Under the pieces are notes generated by a model. It saw only the letters and a program-made list of their open reading frames with translations, was not told the origin of the DNA and searched no databases. Position numbers and translations under genes: made by a program. DNA of 56,698 nt, filler included, from Trypethelium eluteriae (lineage: Eukaryota): NCBI GenBank assembly GCA_051942245.1. It is 4 parts of 4 records of this genome, joined end to end, with 100 filler letters (N's around TTAATTAATTAA, not from the genome) between each part and the next. Parts side by side here need not be neighbours in the genome. Positions count along the whole stretch, not along the records: positions 28,433 to 42,538 come from JAVECL010000705.1; positions 42,639 to 56,698 come from JAVECL010000706.1; 2 more parts are not named here. The stretch is one strand, 5' to 3'. Positions 33,810 to 45,900 of the stretch are shown here, one piece after another. Numbering within the stretch: position 1 is the stretch's first letter; each line of letters begins with the position of its first letter.

Positions 33810-34409
33810 CTAGTGGCAGTATGATTCGGCATTGTAGTTTGAAAACGTTTGAGTGTCCTTGTGACAAGTCGGCTGAGTATTTTTGTCGTAAAGAGAGCCC
33901 TTATTCACGTCAAGTCCGCGTGGAGGATAACGGATAATAGTTTGCGACGCAGCGGTTGGTGTAAATTTCCTCTCACAAGTGTTTTGGTCCTCGCCACCTC
34001 CCTCTTGGCTACTGCCAGTCCAGATATCAATGCGGCGTTTTCTCTCCTTCCAGTCGTCAATGCAGTCCTGGCAGTAACCCTCGAAAATGCCATACTTCTT
34101 TAGGTAGGGGATATAGATGGTATCGCACACGTTAAGCTCGCCAATAGCAGTGGCGATTGTCACCGGGTCGTCGTAGTCGCCGGTCCCGCCTGAAGTGGGC
34201 CCCCGGCCGGGGCACGTATAGGCCTTTCCAGCACCAGGCGGAGAGTTGTCTGGCCAGCCGAAGAAAGTCATTGTGACCATATCCATTGTTTGGCAGGTAT
34301 TGTTTGTTGTTCCAGCACGAGCTAGTAGGGAACCAGTATCTCGGAGGACCATGGCTGACGTCCCTGCCGTCAGAGAGGTAAAGAGTAGAGCGAATGTTGT
34401 GTGAAGCAT
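33810..34409 (-). CDS. Small secreted Cys-rich protein, possible 3D/double-psi beta-barrel fold
   Basis: 199 aa; signal peptide MLHTTFALLFTSLTAGTSA; 8 Cys; TFFGWPDNSPP, GGTGDYDDPVTIA, IYIPYLKKY, CQDC and RIDIWTG motifs. Confidence 0.75.
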   Translation of the reverse strand: MLHTTFALLFTSLTAGTSAMVLRDTGSLLARAGTTNNTCQTMDMVTMTFFGWPDNSPPGAGKAYTCPGRGPTSGGTGDYDDPVTIATAIGELNVCDTIYIPYLKKYGIFEGYCQDCIDDWKERKRRIDIWTGSSQEGGGEDQNTCERKFTPTAASQTIIRYPPRGLDVNKGSLYDKNTQPTCHKDTQTFSNYNAESYCH

Positions 34410-36296
34410 CGTTAAAATTTCTAATTGAGCGAAAGCAGTTGGATTTTGGTTCTCTCCTGGAGAATCTGAAGAAAAAAATGGTACGAATCACTTTCACTGA
34501 GATCCTTTGATACTCTTTTGTAGTCGCTGAAATCTTTACTTACGTACGCGGTTTATGCCCACTTTGTCAAGTTGTCGAGATTACATCCCACCGGCCAATT
34601 AGTGAGCCTTGTCACACAGGCTACGTTTTGATTGTAGCTCGAAAGATCTTCAGGCATGGGTCTTACTTGAAGATATTGTGGGAAGCCATGATTGGATGAC
34701 TGTGCCGTCAAGCCAAGTTTTGACACCTCAATATCTAGGGAAGCGCTAAAGTCAGCTATTGGACTGGTCTTACACAGCGGATTGAAGAAGCAGCAAAAAG
34801 TTTGTCGATCAGCTTCCAGCGCTGCAAATACTCAGACTCTTCGGGAAGTTGTTTCAGGCCCCAAACAGCCTTGTGTAGATCGCAGATGCAAAAACTAGGT
34901 CGCATCTGGCCAATCAAGGTATATCGGTTTAAAGTTGAGCAGCAGGTGAGAACTTTCACGAATGATCTGAGGCCGGATCATACGACCGATGTAAACTTTG
35001 GCTTGTGCTGCAGCAGCAGAATCACAGGGAAGATTGACGCGATTCAGCTCAAAGGGATACAAGTTGCCAGAAGCCATCAGTGGCTGGAGTGTGTGAAGAC
35101 AGAATCTCTAAGCCGTGCCTCAGGGCGTGGTAGAACGTGGCCGATATAGAGTAATGCAGATCATGTTGGGTCAAGAAGGTCAGCCTGAATTGCCCGGCTC
35201 CCGCAGGAAGAGGCGCTTCATTTGGTCTTATCACTGAGACCCTGGCGGCCCCTAAATGAACGCCATTGTATTTGCTCAGGCTGCCTGCATGGCGTATCGT
35301 GTTTCCAATGCGAGCACTTCATCGCTTCCTGATGCTGAAAGAGAAAGTGGCACTTTGCATGCGTAATGGGGGAAGGAGGAAAAGCATTGGAAGGTAATAC
35401 AAGGTGGTACCTGCCGTGCCTGCCCAGGGAGGACGACAAGAGCGGAGCGTGACATCATTTGCGGCTGAGACCGACTCCTTTTGGTGGCTATCTACCACCA
35501 GTGTCTCACCCAATGTCATCATTATATGAAATCGCTTAGCGCGGAAGGTACGAAGTGGAACTGATTCTCGCTACATATCGCTTTCCTCAATGGAAGTGCT
35601 TTCGGTAACGTTGCCCAAAGCCGTGCTCGGGTCTTTGGTGGTTCAACAATGACCCCACTTCGCTCGTCTAGAGTATTGGGATACTTGGATCGTGGTTCAC
35701 ATTCCAGTATTGACATCTCGCGTAGCATCATCTACTGTTGACCCGAACACCTGGCTCTGGCTGCTTGAGGCATCTTCGGAGAACTGGTGAGCATTAAGAT
35801 GGAGATGGGAGAATACTTCAACCGGCACAGCGATGCAAAGCGATCGGACCTTAGCCAAGCTAGCATAACCTCACGGAAAAAGCTCGTCTTTCGCGTTCTC
35901 AGCAAGCCCCGACTATTTTGAAACCCATGCTCCACCAGGAAGTTGATACTCTAATCCAGTTTAGGAAAGATAAAGTGCTCCTCTGTTTGCTGAGGTCCGT
36001 CTGGACAAAGACGCTGTTCTCCATGGCTTCGGAGGTGGCGTGTTCGTGTCCGGCACTGCTCCATGGCAGGAGCAACAGCTTAGGATCTCTGCATTTTGAT
36101 TATGAGTAGAGAATAAAGGCATGGTTTCGCTATGGCATTTGATGGAATGTTATATTGTACCTGGCGTGCCAGGAATGCAGACCTCATAACAACGCGCGAT
36201 ATCTCTCAACCCGCCTTGATTTCATGATCTCTCACCAGAATTTCTTTCAATGCCCAAGATTTCTTCAAAAGTAATTGAATTGATGACATAGGGACC

Positions 36297-39200
36297 ATGT
36301 CCTCCTCATCACTCTTTCTGAGGGGATGTCTCCTATTTATTTGCAGTGCACAGCTTGTCTCGGGACAGACGACTTACAATGGCGGAAACTCGGGTCCATA
36401 CTATCTGATCGACAGCTACACTCCCAATAACTTCTTCAGCAAGTTCACTTTCTACACTGCAGGTCCCGACTGGCACCGAGGCTGGAAGTTCCACTAACAG
36501 ACACCAGGACCCAGATCTAACCCATGGCTATGTCCAGTCCGTAGTGCGCAAGTTTCGGGGCAGGAATCATGCTAACTGTGCGAAGATACGTCAACCAGGC
36601 AATTGCTCAAAACAATGGTTATATTTCTACAAATGCTAGTAGCATTTACATGGGAGTCGACACCTTGCACACATATCCAACGAACGGTGCCGGAAGACCG
36701 AGTGTGAGAATCTCAAGCAATAACAATTACACCCATGGCTTGTTCATTCTTGATCTTAATCACATGCCATATGGTTGTGGAACATGGCCCGCGTTTTGGA
36801 CTGTTGGACCGGATTGGCCAAGTCACGGTGAAATTGGCATGTTGAGTTTTTATTCGACAAATTAGGTCTGATAGCTAACCTAATGTAGACATCATCGAAG
36901 GCGTCAATGTCAATAATGCCAACCTTATGTCACTGCATACTAGCGATAATTGCACAATATCCGGGCTTAATGAGACCGGCTCAATTCAAACCAACAACTG
37001 CTACATCTATTCTGGATCAAATTCTGGTTGTGGTTCATATGCTAACAACAATGCGACCCCGAACAACTATGGCACCGGCTTCAACGCTAACCAAGGAGGT
37101 GTATATGCCATGGAATGGACCTCTAGTGCAATAAAAACCTGGTTTTTCGCAAGAAGATCAATCCCTTCGAGTATAACTGCAGGATATCCCGATGTATCGC
37201 AATTCGGATTGCCTATGGCTGCATTCGCTGGCTCCTGTCCGAATTCCTACTGTGCCATTGACGATCACTTCGGTTCCCATAGTATTACCTTTGATAACAC
37301 CTTCTGTGGTGACTATGCAGGCAACGCTTATGGGTCGACTTCCTGTCCTCAAACTGCTAATCAAGGCTCGATGGGATCATGTATCAATTGGGTTGCTAAT
37401 AACCCAACTAACTTCACAGAAGCCTACTGGTTGATCAACTCGCTGAACGTATATCAAATGCAGAGTGGACCGACCTCTGTGGTCTCGTCTGACACCGCTT
37501 GTCCAAGCACTTCTACAATCCCTGCGGCGAGCACATCAACACTGTCATCCATCTCGCTTGGGATGGGCCGGTCGACAACATCGTCCACATCAGTATCGCC
37601 GTCTCCTTCATCCTCAATAGCCTCAAGTGTTACGTCCAGCATGAGTTCATCATCCATCTATACTGGTTCCAACACCCTGAATGCTCCAAGTGGTACCTCA
37701 TCCTCGAGTAGCATACCCCTTTCGAGCCCTACTAGCGCAAGTCCGACATTCTCTTCGACCCTGACGACTTCAAGTTCTTCTACGAGTGCCTCCGGAGCTC
37801 TGAGTTGTCCTGCAAGCAATGGCACTGGGTATCTCGACAGCAGCAGTAACAGTTACGAGATCCTTTGTGCTACGGACAGTGATGGCCAGGGAATTGGAGA
37901 TGTCACTACGCAACCAAACTTTCAGTCCTGTGTCGACTTATGCGGGACTACGTCCAAATGCGTAGCCGTGAGTTATGTAATTCAAGGCGGCACTTGCTAT
38001 CTGAAGAGCATGTTGGGGTCGACTTATGATAATTCGGCTACCAATTTTGCAGTTCTTCGGATCGTTTACAGTGGCGGTTCAAGTTCCTCGACCGACCGAG
38101 TCATCTCTACCCGCTCGGCTACGCCTACAAGTTCGACCTCCTCTCCATATTCGGGGTCTACTACGAGCACCTCGCTGACGTCCTCGACCACGGTAAGCGG
38201 TAGCCTGACTAGCAGTAGTAGCGGAATCGGTACCATCAGCGACAGTGCAAGTGGCTCGAGCGCAAGTGGCAGCAGCAGTGTCTTGAGCTCTTCCTACATA
38301 CTGACTTCGAGTCCGCAAGTGGCTTCTTCGGGCATAATTACGATACCGTCGAGTACCGGTTCATCCTATTCTTCGACACTAGGTGGAACTAATCTGATAG
38401 AACCGTCTTTTGCCACTTCTCTATCTGGTAACTCTGTGCTCTCTTCTTCTGCTACTCCATCCTCCATTAAAAGTCCATCGCCATTGTCAGCGAACTCATC
38501 GTCTTCTTTGACGACCAGTTCCGCCAATTCAGCAGGGACAGGATCCTGTGCTCAGCTCAGCACTAATAATGCCATTTACACCGATGCAAATGGTGATGCA
38601 TATACCGTCCAATGCAATTATGATCATGGTGGAGGCGATCTTGGGAACATGCTGGTGAACAGCTTTTCAGACTGTTTTTCCGCGTGTGACAATGAGCCTG
38701 GTTGCATTGCCTTCTCTTACCTCAGCGGCTCCGGTCCAGGACATTGCTACTTTACGACCTCGCTCAATCCTGGACAAGCGGCCCAAGGTGTCGATTTCGC
38801 TATGCGTGGATACTCGAGCGCCTCGGAAGTTTCTCCAACTGCAAGTTCGGGGCCAGTATCTACAGCTTTGGGATCATCATCTTCCAGTCCTGCTTCGTTA
38901 TCCAGTGGATCTGGGTTTCCATCGGGAGCTTTGTCGAGCTCGACGACCCCCCTGAGTTCGACATCAATGTTGTTGGCCAATACTAGTATGTTCTCGACGG
39001 GACAATACGCAAGTAGTACCACTTCCTCTGCTGCGTCAGCTTCATGCTCATCTGTTTCATCGTTATGTCCAATGTACAATGGTACGACGTACGTCGACTG
39101 CAACGGTGTTCGATACAATGTCACGTGCAATCTTAATCAAGGGGCCACACCTTTAGATGGATCTGAGTATAAGATGAAGGTACGTAGAGCTACTCAACAG

Positions 39201-41994
39201 CCTTCGTTTGCTTCATGCGCGGCTCTCTGCGACTCCGTGACGGGCTGCGTTGGAGTTGCTTACACAGGCATAACTTGTCAGCTGTATGGTAGCCTGGCTG
39301 GTTCACCGTTCAATAGCTCTGGAACAGTTTTCGGACTAAGGAGCGGACCAGTAGGCGGTTTCCCGAGTATCTCGATGGGAAATTCAACTACATCTACACC
39401 AACCTCCGCTTGGTCATCACCCTCCGTTGGTATTTGCCCTTCCGGTAACAACACTGTTTACACCGACAATTACGGCCAACAGTACGAACTCCTTTGTAGC
39501 ACAGATCATGCGGGCGGAGATTTGGAAACAAATCAATACTCATCCCTGGCGACTTGTCTTAGCGGGTGCACCGCATCTGGGTCCTGCATTGGCGTATCCT
39601 ACAATCCATCTTCTCAATTATGTCATTTGAAGCAGTCCATTATCGGTACTGGTACTAATGATCCAAATTCGGTATTCGCGATCCTGCTAAGTCTTTACAC
39701 TGGTGAAGGCGTCCAGCCGATACCAAGTAATTCAGGCCCAGTGTTCGCCTCATCTAAGTTAATTGGGCTCGCAGTGACTTCACAGCCAACCGCTTACTAT
39801 CCTAACTCGTCCATACCCATCGCAAGCTACCCTTCTTCACGAAGCAACAACTCTGCGATCCCCTACAGTGGCTTCACTGGAGGGTTTGGAACTTCTACAC
39901 CGCCATGCTTTACTTGCCAAGGTCCTCAGACTAGTCAACAGTCTACGTCGCAGCAAAATACAGTCACTATAACCGTCTGTCCAGCTTGTCAATCGTCATC
40001 AACGAGAGCATCGGTGGGGGCGTCTCTTTGCCATACTTGCGGTCTCACTCCGACAATCGTCACGGGAGCGAGCTCTGGTGGTACCGCACCTGGAAGTAAA
40101 GTGTGCACAAAGCGTCCAAAGGGTACGAAAACTGTTTTTACAACGCATACAATCACTACGTGTCCAACACCTTTGACTTGTCCAACACGGAGTGGCATGA
40201 CTGGAGCAAGCGTCGGGAATGGCGGCAGTAGTGCAAGCGGCTCTGGACCTGGAAGTGGAAGCCCCAGTGGATCCTTTGGGGGAAGTTCTGGCTCGGCGAG
40301 CAACCAAGGCAGCTCAGGATCTGGCACAGGTGTGAAGTCCTTGTTTGAAACGTGAATAGAGAAGCTGACATTTTCGCTTAGGCCCTGGAGGCGGCAATAC
40401 TGGCTCTGGTGTAGGCTCAGGCGGAATTGGAAATGGTAATTCTGGCTCTGGAGGCTCGGGATCTCCTCAGGGATCTGGAACTGGTACTGGCTTGGGTGGC
40501 AGCTCGGCCACGAGCTCAGGCAGTGGAACTGGCTCGGGGAGCACTGCTGCCCCTACGTGCCCGGCGTCGGATGGTGAGACCCATGTCGATTATTACGGTC
40601 TTCTTTACAGCATCATCTGCAACACCCTGTACTCCTCGAAACCACTTGCATCACAGCCTCAGACATCCTTCACGAATTGTATCAATGCGTGCGACATGTA
40701 CAACTCAATGCACTACTATCAAGCCAATCCTTGTGCTGGAGTCTCCTACATGGAGACTAACGGAGGCACTTGCTTGTTGGTAGGCAGTGTTTATCCAAGT
40801 GTGCCGCAAATGGGAACCTGGAGCGCACAACTGTTGACCTCGGCTGGTGGCCCCAACGGAACCGGACCTTCTGGTCCAACTGGCACGAATATGGGTGGTA
40901 TGAGTGGAAGTGGCGTAGGTTCCGGTACTGTCATAGGTGAATCTGGAACTGGCGGAGGCTCGGCCTCAGGCTCTGGGAATGGTAGTGGTACTAGTACTGG
41001 GGCAGGAGGTGCCGCCTCGGGAATCGGCTCAGGCACTGGTACAGGCATAGGGGGTGGGTACGGTGCGGGTAATGGCCCAGGAAACGGAAATGGAACTAGT
41101 GGAAGTGGCTCTGGTAGCGGGACTATCTCAGCAGACTCCAGACCAGGCTCAAATAGTGGCATTGGGACTGGTGGGACTGGAACTGGTAGCGGACCGGGTC
41201 CAAGTAGTGGCGACTCTGGGAATGGCAGTGGCTCGGGGTCAGGGTTGGTCTCAGGCTCGGGCTCAGGAACTGCGGCTGGGGGTCCCGCAACAGGAACAGG
41301 CTTGAGCAATGGAGCTGGAACACCCAGTGCGACTGGAGGAAGTGGTTTAGCCGGTACGGGTGGCGGTAGTGGAATCAGCGGCAATGGAGGTAACGGCAGC
41401 AGAAGTAGCTCAGGAGGAACCGGCCCAGGAACCGGCCCAGGAACAGGACCAGGCACAGGACCAGGCACGGGACCAGGCACGGGACCAGGTACCGGCTCAG
41501 GAACAAGCGTATCCTACGGCATTAGCACCGTCGCGAGCACGATTTATGGAGTCTCTACAGCCGTCACGACTTATATCTCCAATGGTCGAACGGTCTTCTC
41601 AACTTACGGAGTGTCTACAGCAATTTCGGTTTCCTATGGCTACCGAACTGCTACCGTCACTACTACCACCTCTCAAATCATTTACAGCACAATACTCAGT
41701 ACCACAGTCAGCGTCTCTTCCGCTCCAGGCCAAACGTTTTACTCGACAGTGGTCTCGACTCAGCCTGGTATCACTATCACAGCTCCTGGCGGATCTGCAG
41801 TGACAGTGACGGTTACCAAATCTCCGAGCAGTTCGAGCTCGACTTTCACATGTAGGACGACGAGCGCGAACTATCTCAACAACGGTTTTAGCGGAAAGAG
41901 GAAACGGAGCATATTTGATGCAGATGTTGTGCTGCCGGCTGAACAGAAAATGGCGAGGCCAGCGGCTGCTCCGAAGCTGTGGTTCAAAGTATAG
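36297..41994 (+). CDS. Large secreted GH16 beta-glucanase (Lam16A-like) with five PAN/apple-like modules and Ser/Thr- and Gly-rich spacers, ~1831 aa
   Basis: Signal peptide; introns 36459-36507 (GC-AG), 36537-36585, 36837-36888 (GC-AG), 40330-40381; spliced CDS 5496 nt in frame. GRPSVRISS, HMPYGCGTWPAFW, catalytic GEIDIIEGVN, GGVYAMEW, FDNTFCGDYAG. Confidence 0.85.
41416..41499 (+). repeat. 12-bp coding minisatellite encoding (GTGP)6-GTGS
   Basis: GGAACCGGCCCA x2, GGAACAGGACCA, GGCACAGGACCA, GGCACGGGACCA x2, GGTACCGGCTCA. Confidence 0.9.
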
Positions 41995-42436
41995 TATGAA
42001 TAGTTTGCTTGCGGAAATATCTGGTTACGTCTACATTATTGCTTTATGAGGGAATACGCAGAGATCCCTCGGATCTCTCAAGAGAACTGCACCTTAGAAG
42101 CTCCATGGCGATCGAGTTTCTTCTACGGGAAAGCGCGTGCGATAAATTTCATGGTTCTTCGAAGTATAGGATATCAAGTATACTTCAATGATATGATGAG
42201 AAACGTTATGTCTCAAAGTATCATAATGATCAGAGTCGGCTCGGAACTTGTTAGACTTTGTTAAATCTGCATAACGTCATTGTCAAGCCATAAAAGCAGA
42301 CGAGTCCGGTTCGCTCGACTGTAAGTTAGCCATACACAGTACTACTCCAATGCGAAATCCAGAAGGTAAACCCCCAAAAGCCTCCCAAGTAGACACCCCA
42401 AAGAAATGCAATCCAAACTAGACGGCCGCTTTCCAA

Positions 42437-42538
42437 TCATCGATCTTCCTTCTTCCCCTCATCTCCCCCAAACCTCCCCACCGTCACCCACTCCAACTTC
42501 TTCCCCGAATCCTCCGCCATCTGCCCATCCCAAAACAC
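42437..42538 (-). CDS. Possible C-terminal fragment of a gene lost in the gap
   Basis: Open frame VFWDGQMAEDSGKKLEWVTVGRFGGDEGKKEDR*; does not look like a Swc4 C-terminus. Confidence 0.25.
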   Translation of the reverse strand: MFWDGQMAEDSGKKLEWVTVGRFGGDEGKKEDR

Positions 42539-42638
42539 NNNNNNNNNNNNNNNNNNNNNNNNNNNNNNNNNNNNNNNNNNNNTTAATTAATTAANNNNNN
42601 NNNNNNNNNNNNNNNNNNNNNNNNNNNNNNNNNNNNNN
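42539..42638. other. Assembly gap spacer
   Basis: N44-TTAATTAATTAA-N44. Confidence 0.97.
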
Positions 42639-44285
42639 TCATCCTCCTCCACCTCAACCCCCTCCCTCCTCAACCTCTCCCTCCGCATCTCCTTCGCCAC
42701 CTGCATCTCCGCCGTCTCCTTCTCCACATTCTTCCTCGAATCCACCAGATTCGAAATCGCGCCAACCAGCCGCTCAAACACCGCACACACCTCCTGCGTC
42801 GGCAGCACCACCACCTCCGGCACCCCGAGCGTCGCCAACGCATCCGCAATCCGTTGCGTCTGCACCTGGCTCTTCGCCTGCCGCAGCTTCAAGATGCGAT
42901 CCGTGCGGAAGTGCACCCCAGACGTCAGTCGCTCGTGCGTACTCACCGCATACCGCTGCTGCGTACGGGGCGAGAGGGCGCGAGCCGCCGCCGCCGCCGC
43001 CGCAGTAGCCCCATCAGCGGATCCCGACGACCCTGCCCCTCCTGCACCGGCGCCACCTTTCTTCTGCGCGCTGCCGACCCCACCTTGTGACCCCAGGCTG
43101 TCGCGGCCGCCGCCGAGGCCGCTGCCGCCGGCGCTGGTCAGCGCAGGAGAAGGGCCGGCGCCGGCCGGGGAGGCGAGGATGCCGTCGGCGCCGATGAGGC
43201 TGCGCCGCTTCTTGGTGCGGTCGACGGCGGCGAGGTTCTGTAGGAGCTGCTGCAGCGCTTGGCTGCTGCGGTAGAATTCGGAGCTGGAGGCGAGGGGCAC
43301 GCCCGAGCTGCTGCGGTCGCGCGAAGTGTGTGGGTACTCGAGGCGGTCGCGGATCTCGCGGCGTTCGGCTTCGAAGCGGGATTGGGAGGCGGTGATGCGT
43401 TGGAGTTCTTGGAGGAGCCATTCTTCTTCTTTGACTTCTTCCGGGTTGCGGTTTAGTAGGGCGTTGGCGATGGATTTGCGGGTGGTTTCGCGCTCGGGTG
43501 AGAATTTGATGAGGGTTTCGTAGGTGGAGTATTCGGAGGTGGTCATTTTTTCGAGAGGAGTTTGGGCGGCCATGAGCTTGGCGGTGATGTCGTAGAAGCG
43601 AGCTTTGAGATCTTCCATAGTTCGCTCAGGGGCAGAAGGGGGTTGAACAGCATCGCCCTCTGAAGAGGAATTTGGCATGGGCGGAGATGGCGCAAATTCG
43701 TAGCGATCAATGATGACTGCCCAGCGTCCGGAGTACTCTTTGTATAGGTCTACGAGGTAATCGGTTTCCTCCTTGCTCCAGTTTGGATTGGTCATATGTG
43801 CATCATATTGTGCTTGATCATACTCTGGCGCCGTGATCTGCTTGTTGTATTGCGCAAACTGGTACTGAGTTTCCGGTTGCACTTCGCCCTTTTGGGCCTC
43901 TGGGCCATCAATCTCTCCCAATGGCTTAGCTTCTTCTTGTCTCCTCCAGTGTCGCAGTACAAGATTGTCGGCTCGCGCCTCGTTAGTGAATGGTGTTCGG
44001 TCCCATTTCGCTGCTCGGTATGGTCGCTTCGGGCGCTGTTTGTACTGTTTCTGCTCTTGGATCATTGATACAGGAGGTGCACGTTCTCCCAGGAGGGCAT
44101 ATAATTCTCTTGCCATTCCCTCTGTAAAGCATTAGCCTTCCTGTGACTAATGAACTTATGGTACCACGAGGCTTTAAATTACCCGGCTTCTTCTCAATGA
44201 CTTTCTTGCTCTTCTTGGGAGCTGCTGGCTTGGGAAGCCCATCTCTGGGCAGGTCGAGCATATCCCGAACATCTTGAGAAGTCAT
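42639..44285 (-). CDS. SWC4: SWR1/NuA4 subunit Swc4/Eaf2 (DMAP1 homologue), 3' truncated by the gap
   Basis: MTSQDVRDMLDL; intron 44182..44122; GMARELYALLGERAPP, PFTNEARADNLVLRHW, SANT WSKEETDYLVDL..RWAVIIDRY, RTMEDLKARFY. Confidence 0.93.
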
Positions 44286-44593
44286 ATTGGATGGCTTCCC
44301 AGAAAATTTGGGAATGCGAAAGCCTTGATGGACGCGAGCAATATGCAGAAGGTGAAGAGGGTAAATACTGGTCGCGCAGCATGTGAATACCTAGGTAGAA
44401 TTCTTGGTGTAAATTTGGTGTTTGCATGGTGTTTGCATGATGTTTGCACTTGGACCCTGTTTATCCCTGTCCTTAGCTTAGCACAAATCAGCTCAACGTT
44501 GCAGCTTCGAGATGCTCGCGTGAACGTTCCTTGAGGGATTCCTCGACCGCGCCACGTCGTATTGAGATTTCAGGTCGCATTTCCAGTCCCATA

Positions 44594-45369
44594 ATGCGGT
44601 GGTCAATCAGCTTGCTGTGTTCGGCAGCATCTCTGGTGCCCGCAAATGCCCTCTATTTTTTCCTTGATTCGGACACTAAACGATGCTTCTATGAGGAGCT
44701 GCCAAAGGACACATTAGTAGTCGGTCCGTTCACCAGGACTCTACTCGTTGAAACGGAATCTCTAACTTAGCCTAGCACATTACAAGACTGAGCTATGGAA
44801 CGAACCAACTCGAACCTACACTGTCAATGATCAAGTAGGGATACAAATCACCGTTGACGAGGTCTTCGACAATGACCACCGTGTTATCAATCTCAAGGGC
44901 TCCGACCACGGACGCTTCACATTCACTGCTGCCGATGCTGGAGACCACAAGATCTGCTTTACACCCTCAAACGCGGATGTACAACGCGGATGGCTGTCAG
45001 GTGGAATGCCAGCAGGCGCGGTCAAGTTCGACCTTGATATTGCTATTGGAGAGACAAGTCAGATTGAAAGTACGGACAAGGGCAAGATGACGGATATCGA
45101 GAGCAAAGTGAGAGATCTCAACTCGAGACTGCAGGATATTAGGAGGGAGCAGGTTTTCCAACGAGTATGGTTGCCCCCCGTCCCTTTCCGGTGAACCCTC
45201 TTCTAACCCCCTCTGCCAGGAACGGGAGGCGGAATTCAGAGATCAGTCTGAGACTACCAATGCTCGAGTTGTCCGATGGACATTGATGCAGCTAGCTGTT
45301 CTGGGGATTACCTGCGCATGGCAGCTTTCGCATTTGCGAGCATTCTTCATCAAGCAAAAGCTAACTTAA
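44594..45369 (+). CDS. p24/emp24/gp25L GOLD-domain cargo receptor (p24-alpha, Erp1/Erp5-like), 222 aa
   Basis: Introns 44724-44775 and 45165-45219. [42 protein letters not shown] helix, tail FFIKQKLT*. Confidence 0.93.
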
Positions 45370-45498
45370 CTCTGTATTACTCATTGTACGTCCATAGATT
45401 TAGCGAAAATTTCTTGGCACCACTCAGTTTGCAGCTTCCCTACTCCAATAGCGTGAAGATCCATTCCTTGACGACTAATGCCCATGAAAATCCACATC

Positions 45499-45900
45499 TC
45501 ATCGCGAACTCCATTTTTTGAATCCTAATCTTGCCCTCCAGCCTTTCTTCTTCTTTTTCCCTTTATCTCCTCGCATGTTTGGCCAATTCGGTTGCTCTTC
45601 CGGCACCACTCCAGTTTCATGATCGACGCTACCCCTGACACCGGGCTTCCAATTTACGATTCCCAATTCCTCTCTCCTTGCACGGTCGCCAACCGTATCT
45701 CTTGGCGTATCTAGCGTAGCGCTCATGGCCCATCCGCCCATGAAGTCACGGCCTGAGAAGGTGCCAGCCTCGCCTTGATGAACGAATTCTTTCTCACGGC
45801 GAAATTCTTCTAGGTCGGCAACGAGCTCCTCCTCGGTAGAGAGCTTGGAGGGTCTGCGGTAGGGCTTGGAGGTCGCTAGTGATTTCTCGTAGTCTGACAT
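45499..45900 (-). CDS. Hypothetical protein, ~133 aa, basic C-terminus
   Basis: ATG at 45900; protein-like composition ending KGKKKKKGWRARLGFKKWSSR; upstream exons not excluded. Confidence 0.5.
   Translation of the reverse strand: MSDYEKSLATSKPYRRPSKLSTEEELVADLEEFRREKEFVHQGEAGTFSGRDFMGGWAMSATLDTPRDTVGDRARREELGIVNWKPGVRGSVDHETGVVPEEQPNWPNMRGDKGKKKKKGWRARLGFKKWSSR

Noticed and set aside
35890..36030. Short minus-strand peptide SFLNWIRVSTS resembling a DUF202 motif
   Set aside because: Only ~40 codons, and no splice model extends it.
41416..41499. Regular short repeat as a CRISPR-like array
   Set aside because: No spacers; in-frame coding minisatellite in a eukaryotic gene.
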